From NCBI GenBank assembly GCA_963727525.1, contig CAVSGO010000007.1, positions 2,144,001 through 2,208,000 of the forward strand: a stretch of 64,000 nucleotides of DNA. Reading direction: 5' to 3'. This document shows, in pieces, positions 28,301 to 38,262 of this stretch (positions are counted from its first letter, which is position 1; every line of letters begins with the position of its first letter). The stretch comes from an uncultured bacterium (lineage in GTDB: Bacteria; Krumholzibacteriota; Krumholzibacteriia; LZORAL124-64-63). The notes under the pieces were generated by a model. That model saw only the letters and a program-made list of their open reading frames with translations, did not search any database and had not been told where the DNA came from. Position numbers and translations under genes: made by a program.

Positions 28301-28825
28301 GTCGGGTTCGCGGGCGAGGGTGGCCTCGAGCTGGTCGAGTGCCTCGTCGCGCCTCTCCTCCTCCTGCCGCTCGTCGAGCACGGTGAACGCGGGATCGAGG
28401 CCCGCCTCGGCGGCGAAGCGGCCTAACACGCGCTGGCAGAAGGCATGCATGGTGTCGATGCCCCGGCCGGCCGGATCGGCAAGCAGGACGTCGTGGAACC
28501 ATGCGGCCCGCACGCTCTCGGCGCGCGTAGGGTCGTGGCCGAGAAGGTCGCGCAGGGCCGCGGCGAGATCGTCGCCGGCAAGACGCGCGAGTGCGAGCAC
28601 GCGCTGCTGGATGCGCTGCTTGATCTCGATCGTCGCCTTGCGGGTGAAGGTGATGGCAAGCACCGCCTGCGGATCCACGCCGGCGCCGCCCAGGCACAGC
28701 CGCAGGTAGCGGTCGACGAGGACGGTCGTCTTCCCGGACCCGGCCGCCGCCTCGAGCACGACGTTCACGTCCGGATCGGCGGCGAGTTCCTGCTCGACGC
28801 TCTTGCGTCGTCTGGCGTCGTTCAT
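25376..28825 (-). CDS. addA: AddA-type UvrD helicase-nuclease
   Basis: AAAGSGKTT, AITFTRKA, LLDEFQDTN, VGDVKQSIYSFRGA, MTIHAAKGLE, LYVAMTRA, C-terminal GSIDRL...DYKS. Confidence 0.92.
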   Translation of the reverse strand: MNDARRRKSVEQELAADPDVNVVLEAAAGSGKTTVLVDRYLRLCLGGAGVDPQAVLAITFTRKATIEIKQRIQQRVLALARLAGDDLAAALRDLLGHDPTRAESVRAAWFHDVLLADPAGRGIDTMHAFCQRVLGRFAAEAGLDPAFTVLDERQEEERRDEALDQLEATLAREPDALREYAALAGSYGGARKAVATLFAHRVHLQRWIDRVAPPPTSAPAALGRALLPCLPALRADLRAGLLADTVWHNDADVDPATLAPALAHALRRLAGPGLAAVRDHAGGKQTDKFREGLDQLGTSARTLADVCDAEPARCLEQVVPQAASLLLTAGGSVRKKLATNSPVPAGYQPVYQVALLPVLALIQQARLAMLFAHNVRLLRVMLQALDRYAAVKRRDRVVDFQDLEYLALRLLTDPHTGPQVHFRLDARLDHLLLDEFQDTNRNQWDLLRPLLEEILAGGDDPPRTAFIVGDVKQSIYSFRGAEPSVFGRAREWFRMLPQARVLELPTNFRSVPAVVDAVGTLCNREPLATILGDEAASARQEAARQDDGRVVFLAPFAPGDAASGHERAAAATVTLVQRLLAGPGLRRDDILVLCRTKTHVAVYESALRRAGLAFTPAGRGLLARSREVQDVLALLRWLTYPADDVAGATVLRSPIVRALEATVQALLQARLGAGRRRTLREVLTSEAAAHGLADAQARLEGWFEPAGRLTPHDLLRLVFRDGELLERFEIAGGEQARFNLLRLTDLALGSERRGGSLRAFVDELDLAALVGGEEEGTLPGEDGSGRVRVMTIHAAKGLEARVVILVDAAADRNDKVALLDLGAAGADGPWVTGLSSDEIAGIALPDATTLPPPLAPRLADAIGRQRREDAHVLYVAMTRACDQLFVLGGESQRGGDSSYLEWLHEADTDGAYWRDDENLAADDDAEATPTAGVATSAARARLRPWTPPSLSPRLRVENPSRLAHADPTAGAPDAREERDPDDAAAPPAAADAATRRGTAIHLWLERAARAGAMPPGAGEPWEVAAAVVRNPELRWIFAPGSGVRGFCEQPMLHHVSTEGHTEVRRYGSIDRLLVRPEGIDVIDYKSDRVDSPAEVDERVAGYGPQLAAYRDALAAVYPDRPIRCWLLFTHVTTPAGRGMLREVIQEDRR

Positions 28826-31800
28826 GAGCCGCGCCTCCATACGCCGCCGAGCATCGCGGTGAGGCGCGACTGCACGATGGGTCCCAGGTCGCGTTCCTCC
28901 ACCCGGCAGATGCCCGCGAACTCGCAGATCGTGCACGGCAGATCGCCGCGAGCGTCGGGGTCGCGCGCCTCGGGCACGAGCGCGTACGGTACGGCCGGGT
29001 CGAGGATGGCGCCCGCCTCGCGCAGGATGGCCAGGGCCGCCTCGCGCATCGCCGACCGGCCCGGATCGCCGGGGGCGAGGTGCGGCACGTGTTCCCAGCC
29101 CACTCCGGCGTGGCGCAGTCCGTAGTAGTCGCCCTGGGCGACGCGCCATCCAGCATCCTCGCGCCGGGGCAGCGCGGCGACAGCGTCCATCTCCACGGCC
29201 AGCGCGTAGAGCGCGAGTTGCGGCTCGCGGCCCGAGGCCACGTCCTTCTTCGCGGGCGACGCCCCGGTCTTGTAGTCCACGACCGCGACCTGCGCCGAGC
29301 CGTCGGCCGCGGTGTCGATGCGGTCGATGCGACCCTCGAGCGGGAACTCCGCCAGGGCGTCGGGAAATGCTTCGACGGTGTCGCCCTCGCGCCCGAGCCA
29401 GGCTCGCACCTGCGCCAGCGTGAGACGGAACTGCGCCTCGAGCACCCGCGGTCGCCACAGCGCCGCCCGTGCGATCTCGCCGGCGACGATGGCCGGCGCC
29501 AGCGCCAGGAACGACTGCCACGCGACGTCACGCTGCGCGAGATTCTCGCCGCGATCGCCATGGAAGACCTCGTCGGCCGCCGCGGTGAGAGCCTGGAGCG
29601 CGCGCACCGCATCGCCCGCCACCACGGCGCGCGCCCCCGGACCGCCGGCGACGAGGAACCGCTGCATCGCGGCATGCGCCAGGGTGCCATGGTCGAGCGC
29701 GGTGTACTCGCCGGTCACCGGATCGGTGCGCCTCAGGCGCAGCGCATGCGCCATGAGGTACGCGTAGGGACAGTCGCGGTGGCGGCGTAGCGCCGTATGG
29801 CTCAGCCGTGGCGGTGACGCCACGCCGGGAGCCGGGACCGGTTCGGGTTCGCGGCGAAACGCCAGCTCGGCCTGCGCGAGCGCATCCCACTGGGGCTCGT
29901 GGCGGCGCCAGAGCGCCACCTCGTCGGCGTGCTCGGTGGCGTCGGGACCACCGGCGAGTTGCAGGCGCATGACGAGGGGCGACGGCAATCCCGGCCGCCC
30001 GTCGCGTTCGGTGGGCCAGGTGAGGATCACCCGCGGCGCCGCGTGCAGGAGGCGCAGGAAGAGCTCGGCGTCGCGTTCGATGCGTTCGCGCCACGTCTCC
30101 AGCCCCAGGCCGCGGCGCACGCCGTCGCCCAGAAACAGCGGGCGCCGCACGTTGCCGGGGAATGTATCCTGGCCCAGGCCGGCGAGCACGACGAGATCGG
30201 CGTCGGCGAGGCGAGCCTCCACCAGACCCATCACCTGCACGGGCAGGTGGCGCTGGCGGTGCGGGCGCGCCTCGAACTGGTCGCCGAGCAGCGATTCGAG
30301 CGCCGCTGCGACATCGGCCAGTGTCGCCATGCCCAGATACCCGGAGGCCGCCGCCACGTCGAGCGCGGCGAGCACGCCGGCCACGGCGCCGGAGTCGTCG
30401 ATCTCCAGCCGCGGATCGGAGCCCGCCACGAGCGGCCGGTGCGGCGCAACGTCGTGCCAGGTGGTCCGCAGCGCCGCCAGCCACGCCGACCACGGCTGGC
30501 GCTGCGATGCGGGTCCCTCGAGCGGAGCGAGGGCGGCGATGAGCCGGTCCACGAGGTCGACCAGCCGCCACTGCGGCTTGCCCGTGGGCGCGGCGTCTTC
30601 GCGACGCCGATCGGCCTCCGCGGCGATCCCGTGCAGCGCGGCGCGTCCGCCCGCGCCACGCCCAACGCGGCGGATCTCCATCTCGAGCATCACGACGCGG
30701 CGCTCGGTGGCGTCGCCGAGCGCCACGTAGGGATGGGTGAGCACCTCGAAGAGTCTGGCGAAGGGCCAGCCCGCCACCACGAGCCGCACCAGGTCGAGCA
30801 GCAGGCGGCCCGCCGGCAGGAGAGCCACGGCGCGGCCGCGGGTGTCGTCGACATCCACACCGGCATCGCGCAGCTGCGCCGTGATGCGCGCCGCCAGGTC
30901 GCGATCCGGCGTGGCGACGATGACCCGCGGCGTTTCACCGTCACGCTCCAGGACCTGGTTGACGCATGCCGCGGCCACGCGGCCCTCGTGCTCGGGGTCG
31001 TGGGTCGCCAGCAGGCGAACCACCCCCGTCGGGCCGATCATGGCGGTGGTCGGGCCGAGCACGTGCAAGCGTCCCGGCAGGTCGGCGTCCACGAAAGCCG
31101 GCGCCGCCGGCGCCTCGGTCCCGAGCTGGGCGGCGAGGCGCCGGCTCGCGCCGAGGGGATGCCCCCGGCTGGTCTCGTCGGCATAGGTGGCCAGCAGCAG
31201 GCGCGAACGTGGATCATCGCTCCTGAAGGTGAGCCAATGCACGCCGTACAGCCGGCGGAGCAGGGCCGCGACGGCGGGCTCGATGCGGCCCAGATGCGCC
31301 ACCACCACCCGGCGTGGCGGCGCGCCCGGCCATGCCTGGCCGGCGCGGTCCAGGGCGGCCAACCGGCGGTCGACGACATCCAGCGGCAGCACCTCGCGGT
31401 ACAGACGCCACGCCTCGCGCAGGTGCCGCAGATCGCTCTGCAACACGTCCACAGCGGTCTCGTCCACCAGCGCGTCCAGGCGGTCGTCGGCCGTGCCGGC
31501 CAGCACGAGATCGGCGCATTGCGCCCAGCGCACCTCATCGAAGAGCCGCACCAGCTCGGCGGCGAGACCGTCGGCCGCCTCGGGACGCTCGCGCAGCCAG
31601 TCGGTGGCCGCCAGGTGCGGCGCGAGCAGCAGCGGGCGTAACGCCGGATCGAGGTCGGCGGCCACCTCCGTTGTCGAGAACTGGTCGGCCAGCCAGTCGG
31701 CCAGCCGTACCGGCGTGGTGATCGTGGGCAGGAGGAGGGCCTCCGCCGCGGACGTCGAGAGGAGCGCGTGGCGCAGGGCATCGGCCGCGCGGCTCGACGG

Positions 31801-31956
31801 CAGGAGTACGAGATCATCGGCCAGGGCGTCCGGCGTGGCGTCGGCGCCATCCGCGAGAAGCCAGCGAGCCAGGGCCGGCATCGGTGCTTCGGTCAGAGGA
31901 AGATCGTGAACTTGCAAGTGCGCAGTCACCTCGGAATTGGAACGAGAAAGGAGCAT
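28822..31956 (-). CDS. addB: AddB-type PD-(D/E)xK nuclease subunit
   Basis: LLPSSRA; LSHT...DCPY plus PCTICEFAGICR (four Fe-S Cys); GRIDRID...VDYKTG; PQLALYA; overlaps addA start; true start may be slightly downstream. Confidence 0.9.
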   Translation of the reverse strand: MLLSRSNSEVTAHLQVHDLPLTEAPMPALARWLLADGADATPDALADDLVLLPSSRAADALRHALLSTSAAEALLLPTITTPVRLADWLADQFSTTEVAADLDPALRPLLLAPHLAATDWLRERPEAADGLAAELVRLFDEVRWAQCADLVLAGTADDRLDALVDETAVDVLQSDLRHLREAWRLYREVLPLDVVDRRLAALDRAGQAWPGAPPRRVVVAHLGRIEPAVAALLRRLYGVHWLTFRSDDPRSRLLLATYADETSRGHPLGASRRLAAQLGTEAPAAPAFVDADLPGRLHVLGPTTAMIGPTGVVRLLATHDPEHEGRVAAACVNQVLERDGETPRVIVATPDRDLAARITAQLRDAGVDVDDTRGRAVALLPAGRLLLDLVRLVVAGWPFARLFEVLTHPYVALGDATERRVVMLEMEIRRVGRGAGGRAALHGIAAEADRRREDAAPTGKPQWRLVDLVDRLIAALAPLEGPASQRQPWSAWLAALRTTWHDVAPHRPLVAGSDPRLEIDDSGAVAGVLAALDVAAASGYLGMATLADVAAALESLLGDQFEARPHRQRHLPVQVMGLVEARLADADLVVLAGLGQDTFPGNVRRPLFLGDGVRRGLGLETWRERIERDAELFLRLLHAAPRVILTWPTERDGRPGLPSPLVMRLQLAGGPDATEHADEVALWRRHEPQWDALAQAELAFRREPEPVPAPGVASPPRLSHTALRRHRDCPYAYLMAHALRLRRTDPVTGEYTALDHGTLAHAAMQRFLVAGGPGARAVVAGDAVRALQALTAAADEVFHGDRGENLAQRDVAWQSFLALAPAIVAGEIARAALWRPRVLEAQFRLTLAQVRAWLGREGDTVEAFPDALAEFPLEGRIDRIDTAADGSAQVAVVDYKTGASPAKKDVASGREPQLALYALAVEMDAVAALPRREDAGWRVAQGDYYGLRHAGVGWEHVPHLAPGDPGRSAMREAALAILREAGAILDPAVPYALVPEARDPDARGDLPCTICEFAGICRVEERDLGPIVQSRLTAMLGGVWRRGS

Positions 31957-32083
31957 AGCCGAGAACCGGAACCCTGTCCCCGGTGTTCGTCATTGACCTG
32001 ACGTTAACAGATCCTCATCTTGGGGGCACGCGCGGCGTGGCTCACCGGTCCGCCGCGCGGCGTCTATCCCACAGGAGCGTCCC

Positions 32084-33214
32084 GTGATCCCGCAAATCCG
32101 GCACTGGGCCATCGCCGCCGCATGGACCGTGGCCGTCGCCATGAGCGTGGCGTCGCCAGCCGTCGCGGCCACGGCCGGCACCGACTCCACCACCGCGGCC
32201 TACTTCTACCACGGACGCGACTACGGGTCCGAGGGCCTCGTCAGTCCGCTGCGCCTCATCATCAACGGCGGCTTCGGGATCCTGAAGATGGAGAACCGCT
32301 CGAACCGCCTGGGCGACATCCACTGGCAGAACGGCTGGACCAACCTCTGGTTCAATCTCAGCCATCCCATCGCCGCGATCAATGACGACGGCTGGTGGCA
32401 CTTCCTCCAGACCGAGGTCGTGCCCATCAGCTTCGACAAGAACGGCGGCCAGTACTGGCCCAACTACATGAACCACCTCGTCGGCGGCGGCATGAGCTAC
32501 CGCATGATGCGCGAGTGGTACCGCTGGCATGGCTTCCGCCACGACACGCTCTGGGCCCTGGCCACCATGAGCGCCTACCACCTGCTCAACGAGACGGTGG
32601 AGATGGACGACAAGACGGGCTACCGAGTCGACCCCATCGCCGACATCTACATCTTCAACTGGCTGGGCTTCGTGGTCTACTCGTCCGACCGCGTTTGCCA
32701 CTTCATGAGCCACACGCTGCACATGGCAGACTGGTCGTCGCTGCCGTTCTACGACCCCCGGCGCGGCACCCTCGAGAACACCGAGCAGAATTTCATGGTG
32801 CGCCTGCGCCTGGGGAGCACCACGCCGTGGCACCTCTTCTATCACTGGGGCAACAGCGGCGAGATCGGGCTGTCGCGCCAACTCGGCCATGGGCATTACC
32901 TGAGCGTGGGTGGCGGCTTCGAGGCGAAGACCCTGCTCAAGGTGGACCAGTTCTCCGACACCGTCGACCTCGCCGCGACGTACGGCTTGTTCTACGATCG
33001 CGAGGGCAGCCTGCTCGCCTCGCTCTTCTACACGAAGAACCGCGACAACCGCCTGCGGCTGAACCTCTACCCCGGGCTGTTCTCGGTGGCGTCGTTGCGT
33101 CCGGGTCTGTCGCTCATCCTGACGCAGGAAAGCGACGTCCTTGTGGGCCTCACCTTCGGCACCCTCCCGTTGCCGCTGGGACTGGGTACGCGGCTGGAAA
33201 AGGGCGACGGCTAG
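32084..33214 (+). CDS. Exported hypothetical protein, possible outer-membrane protein (DUF3943-like N-terminal part)
   Basis: Signal peptide; NHLVGGGMSYR..R...F; C-terminal half of amphipathic beta-strands. Confidence 0.55.
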   Translation: MIPQIRHWAIAAAWTVAVAMSVASPAVAATAGTDSTTAAYFYHGRDYGSEGLVSPLRLIINGGFGILKMENRSNRLGDIHWQNGWTNLWFNLSHPIAAINDDGWWHFLQTEVVPISFDKNGGQYWPNYMNHLVGGGMSYRMMREWYRWHGFRHDTLWALATMSAYHLLNETVEMDDKTGYRVDPIADIYIFNWLGFVVYSSDRVCHFMSHTLHMADWSSLPFYDPRRGTLENTEQNFMVRLRLGSTTPWHLFYHWGNSGEIGLSRQLGHGHYLSVGGGFEAKTLLKVDQFSDTVDLAATYGLFYDREGSLLASLFYTKNRDNRLRLNLYPGLFSVASLRPGLSLILTQESDVLVGLTFGTLPLPLGLGTRLEKGDG

Positions 33215-33242
33215 CGCGGCAGGGTCCGCGCGGGAAGGACGC

Positions 33243-34169
33243 GTGGTGCAACCCTGGCAGGAAGACCTGCGCCGCTGCGTGGCGTGTCCCCGCGCCTGCG
33301 GCGCCGACCGCACCCGTGACGGGCGCGGATACTGCCGCACCGGCGACGGATTCGAGATCGGCGCCATCTGCGCGCACCGGGGCGAGGAGCCCGTGCTCGG
33401 CGGTGCGCGCGGCACCGCCAACGTGTTCTTCGCGCACTGCAATCTGCAGTGCGCCTTCTGCCAGAATCACCAGATCAGCCGCAACAGTTCGGCGGACCCG
33501 GCGGTCACGCTCTCACTCGGCGCGGTGCTCGATCGGATCGCCGCCATCCTCGCCACCGGCGTGCGCCACGTGGGCTTCGTGTCGCCGTCGCACTGCGTCC
33601 CGCAGATGCGTGCGATCATCACAGGCCTGCACGCGCGGGGTTTGCGACCGGTCACCGTCATGAACACCGGTGCCTATGATACCGTGGCCACGCTGCGCGA
33701 CCTGGCCGACCTGGTCGACGTCTACCTGCCCGACCTGAAGTACCTCGACGACGACCTCGCCGCCCGGTGCAGCGACGCACGCGACTATCCGGACGTGGCG
33801 CGCAGCGCACTGCACGAAATGCACCGACAGAAGGGATCGTATCTCTTCTGCGACGACGACGGCCACGCGACGGCCGGCCTGATCGTGCGGCACCTCGTGC
33901 TGCCCGGCCATGTGGAGTACAGCAAGCGCTGCCTCGAATTCATCGCCCGCGAGCTGTCGCCGGCCGTGCACGTGTCGCTGCTGGCGCAGTACCGCCCCAC
34001 GCCCGCCGTCTCTCACGACCCCGACCTCGGCCGGCGCTTGCACGCCGACGAGTATGCCGAGGTCGTCGCCCACCTCCACGCCCTGGGATTGCGGCGCGGC
34101 TGGATGCAGGAACCGGGCAGCGCGGACCACTACAACCCCGACTTCCGCGCCAGTCATCCCTTCGCGTAG
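33243..34169 (+). CDS. Radical SAM protein, PflX-like
   Basis: CVACPRACG...YC; GEEPVLGG; HCNLQCAFCQN; DVYLPDLKY; GLIVRHLVLPG; GTG after GGAAGGA. Confidence 0.9.
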   Translation: MVQPWQEDLRRCVACPRACGADRTRDGRGYCRTGDGFEIGAICAHRGEEPVLGGARGTANVFFAHCNLQCAFCQNHQISRNSSADPAVTLSLGAVLDRIAAILATGVRHVGFVSPSHCVPQMRAIITGLHARGLRPVTVMNTGAYDTVATLRDLADLVDVYLPDLKYLDDDLAARCSDARDYPDVARSALHEMHRQKGSYLFCDDDGHATAGLIVRHLVLPGHVEYSKRCLEFIARELSPAVHVSLLAQYRPTPAVSHDPDLGRRLHADEYAEVVAHLHALGLRRGWMQEPGSADHYNPDFRASHPFA

Positions 34170-34401
34170 CGCGACCCGTGGCCGGCAGAATTCCCGCCTG
34201 GCTCCTCGGCGGCGTGCAGGTTGCGGTGCGCGCGACCGGACGACCTGCCCCCTGATCAAGGGTCCCAGGGCGTAAAGATTTCCCGGAGTTCCGGACACGT
34301 CCTCTCGTCGCCGCGCACGGCATGCCCGCCGCGCGCGGTCTCTCCGTTGCTCGAGGCGCGCGACCGTGGCGTCTGCTGTCTCGCAACCGGGAGTACCAAC
34401 G

Positions 34402-35058
34402 ATGAGTCATCGCATCGCCTCCGGCGTGCTGATCGCCGCCAGTATCATCTTGTCCTTCGCGTCGGCGATCGCCCGGTCCGACGGGGACGGCACCACCGAG
34501 AACGTGACCCTGGCCTGGTCGCCCTGCCCCGCCTGCGACGGCGATGGACACCCGCTCGCGCCCGCCGTGCGCTACGAGTTGCGGGCCACGCTCAACGGGG
34601 GCGACGAGAAGCTGCTGGTCACCATCGTACACGACACCACGGGTACGGTCCCCATCGCGCGCGGTGTGGTCTACCGTGTGCGGGTCGTCGGGTACGACGC
34701 CGAGGGGCGCGCCTCCGCACCGGGCGATTGGTCGGATCCCATCTATTTCCGGGTCGACGATCGCCTCGGCATCTCGCCCGAGTCGCCCCATCTGAAGCCG
34801 GCCGTGCCCAATCCATTCAATCCGACCACGGAGATCGCGTACGCCGTTCCGGTCGACGCCGGCACCGCGACCCTCGCCATCTACGACGCGCGTGGGGTCC
34901 GGCTCCGCACGCTTCCTGTCGTTCCCGCACCCGGCTGGCACGCCGCGACCTGGAACGGTTGCGACGACGCCGGCGCGCGACTGCCCAGCGGCACGTACGT
35001 GGCGTGGTTCAAGTGCGGCTCGCACGTCGCCACCACGAAGCTCACTCTGGTCAAATGA
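34402..35058 (+). CDS. Secreted FN3-like protein with C-terminal FlgD/T9SS-like domain
   Basis: Signal peptide; VTLAW...Y...YRVRVVGYD.EG..S..SDP; PNPFNP...WNG.DD.G...SGTY...KLTLVK. Confidence 0.8.
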   Translation: MSHRIASGVLIAASIILSFASAIARSDGDGTTENVTLAWSPCPACDGDGHPLAPAVRYELRATLNGGDEKLLVTIVHDTTGTVPIARGVVYRVRVVGYDAEGRASAPGDWSDPIYFRVDDRLGISPESPHLKPAVPNPFNPTTEIAYAVPVDAGTATLAIYDARGVRLRTLPVVPAPGWHAATWNGCDDAGARLPSGTYVAWFKCGSHVATTKLTLVK

Positions 35059-35138
35059 TCGAGGTCGTCATTGCCAAAATGTCGGGACGGCGATAGCGTA
35101 CGCGGGTTCGATCGACTCTGAACCCGAGGAGGAGGACC

Positions 35139-35882
35139 ATGAGGAGTGTCTCGGCATTCGCCCTTTTGCTGCTTCTGCTCGTTTCCACCGCCTCGCTCCA
35201 TGCCGATGGCGGCGGCCCCGACAGCGCGGTCGCGCGCAACGAGTCGCTCGCCCTCAAGACCAGCGTGAAGGACGCACTCGACGCGCTCGGCGCGCCGCCG
35301 GCCGGCTACACGAAGTCCGACGAGAACTATGACCTGCCGACATCGATGAGCGTCGACGCCAAGACAGGCAATATCTGGCTCAGCCCGACCAGCGCGACGT
35401 TCACGTTCCGCAACGGCATGAGTGGCGAGCAGCTTAGCCAGGAATACCAGAAGAAGATGATGGACGCCCAGTCCAAAGGCGACTATGCCGAGGTGCAGCG
35501 GCTCTCGCTCGAGATGCAGAAGAACCTGGGCGCGGTGATGGGTGCCGAGATGTCGAAGATCGAGGTCACGATCGCGCTCAATCGCGACCCGTATCAGACC
35601 ATCGATCCCGAGGGTGTGCTCTGGGAGGCGCCCGGCGCGATCGCCATCCGCACCGGCGAGGATGGCGCCAACACGAAGCTGATGCTCGCCTTCGATCCCA
35701 AGGGTCTGGCCGATACGCAGAAGGTCTCGATCATCCAGCTCGGCGATTCGATCCAGGCCCCGACGAGATCCAAGGCGGCAGTAAGGACGATCATCGTCGA
35801 GCTCACCGGCCCCGAGGCGCAGGTGACCGAGTGGGCAGGCCATGTCGACAAGGGCAAGATGCTCGCGCTGATCCACGACTGA
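35139..35882 (+). CDS. Exported hypothetical protein
   Basis: GAGGAGGAGG RBS; signal peptide; typical codon usage. Confidence 0.75.
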   Translation: MRSVSAFALLLLLLVSTASLHADGGGPDSAVARNESLALKTSVKDALDALGAPPAGYTKSDENYDLPTSMSVDAKTGNIWLSPTSATFTFRNGMSGEQLSQEYQKKMMDAQSKGDYAEVQRLSLEMQKNLGAVMGAEMSKIEVTIALNRDPYQTIDPEGVLWEAPGAIAIRTGEDGANTKLMLAFDPKGLADTQKVSIIQLGDSIQAPTRSKAAVRTIIVELTGPEAQVTEWAGHVDKGKMLALIHD

Positions 35883-36039
35883 TCCCGCCGCCATGGCTCT
35901 TCCTCCCGGCGGCGATCGGTGAGCACCGGTCGCCGCCCGCGCGTCCGACCGCGATTCCCGTTGACCGATCACCTCATGGTCGATAATATCCTATCATTCC
36001 CGTCAGTCTCGCTCTCACCCGCACCGAAGGAGGAAACCC

Positions 36040-37098
36040 ATGGCCGTCGGAATCGTCGGCTACGGTGCGCACTTGCCCCGACGCCGCATCAAGGTCGAGG
36101 AGATCGCCAAGGTCTGGGGCGCCGACGCGCCGAGCTACAAGAAGGGGCTCGAGCTGAAACAGAAGTCGGTGCCCGCGCTCGACGAGGACACGATCACACT
36201 CTCCGTCGAGGCCACCCGCAACGCTATCTTGCGCGCCGGGATCGATCCGGCCGAGGTGGGCGCGCTGTACATCGGCAGCGAATCGCATCCCTACGCCGTC
36301 AAGCCCTCGGGCACCGTGGTGGCCGAGGCGATCGGCGCCACGCCTGCTTGCCACACCGCGGATTTCGAGTTCGCCTGCAAGGCCGGCAGTGAGGCCATGT
36401 TCGTCGTCTACGGCCTGGTGAAGGCCGGGCTGGTGAAGTACGGCATCGGCATCGGGGCCGACACGTCGCAGGGCGCCCCCGGCGACGCGCTCGAGTACTC
36501 GGCCGCGGCTGGCGCCGCCGCGTTCATCATGGGCGCCGATCCGGACCGCATACTGGCGACCGTCGACGAGACCTACGCCTTCATGACCGACACGCCCGAC
36601 TTCTGGCGACGCGAGCACCAGTTCTATCCCTCGCACGGCGGCCGCTTCACGGGCGAACCCGCGTACTTCCGCACCGTGAAGGGCGCGGTCGACGGCATCC
36701 TCGAGAAGTCGGGGATGAAGCCGCAGGACTTTCGCTGGTGCGTCTTCCATCAGCCCAACGGCAAGTTCCCCAAGCGCGCAGCGCTGAAGGCCGGGTTCAC
36801 GCCCGAGCAATTCGAGGTGGGCCGCGTGGTGCCCCTGCTGGGCAACACCTACTCCGGCGCCTCGCCCATCGGACTGACGGCGATCCTCGACGTCGCGAAG
36901 CCGGGCGACCGCATCCTCATGTGCTCCTACGGTTCAGGCGCGGGCAGCGACGCGTTCGTCTTCACGGTGCAGGACCGGATCACGCAGGTCCAGGACCTCG
37001 CGCCGCAGACCAAGTGGCTGCTCGAGGAGAACACCATCCAGGTCGAGTACGGCGAGTACGCCAAGCTCCGGCGCAAGATCCGCCTCGCGGGCGAGTAG
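36040..37098 (+). CDS. Archaeal-type hydroxymethylglutaryl-CoA synthase
   Basis: GSESHPYAVKP (Glu), DFEFACKAG (Cys), FHQPNGKFP (His), GNTYSG, SYGSGAGSD. Confidence 0.92.
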   Translation: MAVGIVGYGAHLPRRRIKVEEIAKVWGADAPSYKKGLELKQKSVPALDEDTITLSVEATRNAILRAGIDPAEVGALYIGSESHPYAVKPSGTVVAEAIGATPACHTADFEFACKAGSEAMFVVYGLVKAGLVKYGIGIGADTSQGAPGDALEYSAAAGAAAFIMGADPDRILATVDETYAFMTDTPDFWRREHQFYPSHGGRFTGEPAYFRTVKGAVDGILEKSGMKPQDFRWCVFHQPNGKFPKRAALKAGFTPEQFEVGRVVPLLGNTYSGASPIGLTAILDVAKPGDRILMCSYGSGAGSDAFVFTVQDRITQVQDLAPQTKWLLEENTIQVEYGEYAKLRRKIRLAGE

Positions 37099-37107
37099 GA
37101 GGAGACC

Positions 37108-38262
37108 ATGAGAGACGTAGCCGTGATCGGCGTCGGCATGCAGAAATGGGGCGAGTTGTGGACGCAGTCGCTGCGCGACATCTTCGTCGAGTCCGCCCTG
37201 ATGGCGATGGACGACGCCGGTGTCGACAAGCTGCAGGCCATGTACGTCGGCAGCATGAGCCCTGGCCTGTTCGCCGCGCAGGAGCACATCGGATCCCTGC
37301 TGGCCGACTACCTCGGGCAAGCGCCCATTCCGGCCACGCGCGTGGAATCCGCGTGCGCGTCGGGTGGCCTCGCCTTCCGGCAGGCCTACCTCGACGTCGC
37401 CAGCGGACTGCACGACGTGGTGCTGGCCGGCGGCGTGGAGAAGATGACCGACATCTCGGGCGGCGAGGCCACCTTCGCGCTGGCCACCGCCGCGGACATG
37501 GAATGGGAAGGCACCTGCGGCGTGACGTTCCCCGGGCTGTACGCGATGATGGCCGTCGCGCATATGCACCGGTACGGCACCACGCGCGAGCAGATCGCGC
37601 AGGTCGCCGTGAAGAATCACGAGAACGGTGCCCTGAACCCGCGCGCCCAGTTCCCCATGAAGGTGACGCGCGAGCAGGTGCTGAACTCGGTGAAGGTGGC
37701 CGATCCGCTGAACATCCTCGACTGCTCCCCCATCACCGATGGGGCCGCGGCCGTGATCCTGGTGCCGGCGGACATGGTGAAGTCGTTCAAGAAGCCCGGC
37801 GTGAAGGTGTGCGGGACCGGCCACGCGACCGACACCATCGCGCTGCACGACCGCGACGACCTCACGACGCTGAAGGCCGTGCGTCTGGCCGGCGAGCAGG
37901 CCTACAAGATGGCCGGCAAGACGCCCGCCGACATCCAGCTCTGCGAGGTGCACGACTGCTTCACGATCGCCGAGATCATGGTGACCGAGGCCCTCGGCTT
38001 CTGCGAGGTGGGCCAGGGCGGCAAGGCCACCGAGAAGGGCGAAACCGCATTGTCCGGCCGCATCCCGATCAACACCAGCGGCGGCCTCAAAGCGAAGGGC
38101 CATCCGGTGGGCGCCACCGGCATCGCCCAGGTCATCGAGGTTGCCGAGCAATTGCGCGGCGAGTCGGGAGCGCGGCAGGTCAAGGGCGCGCGCGTCGGCA
38201 TGACGCAGAACATGGGCGGCAGCGGCGGCAGCTCTGTCGTGCACATCCTGGAGGTGATGTGA
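37108..38262 (+). CDS. Archaeal-type acetyl-CoA acetyltransferase (thiolase)
   Basis: VESACASG (Cys), [33 protein letters not shown]. Confidence 0.93.
   Translation: MRDVAVIGVGMQKWGELWTQSLRDIFVESALMAMDDAGVDKLQAMYVGSMSPGLFAAQEHIGSLLADYLGQAPIPATRVESACASGGLAFRQAYLDVASGLHDVVLAGGVEKMTDISGGEATFALATAADMEWEGTCGVTFPGLYAMMAVAHMHRYGTTREQIAQVAVKNHENGALNPRAQFPMKVTREQVLNSVKVADPLNILDCSPITDGAAAVILVPADMVKSFKKPGVKVCGTGHATDTIALHDRDDLTTLKAVRLAGEQAYKMAGKTPADIQLCEVHDCFTIAEIMVTEALGFCEVGQGGKATEKGETALSGRIPINTSGGLKAKGHPVGATGIAQVIEVAEQLRGESGARQVKGARVGMTQNMGGSGGSSVVHILEVM

Noticed and set aside
28826-29521. N-terminal extension of addA in the ORF track
   Set aside because: Overlaps addB in another frame; ATG 28825 gives the usual 4-nt addB/addA overlap.
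36738-38261. 639-aa ORF 36738..38657 as a single protein
   Set aside because: Only the last 131 codons (from ATG 38262) encode DUF35; the rest is an Arg-rich off-frame read of the HMGCS and thiolase genes.
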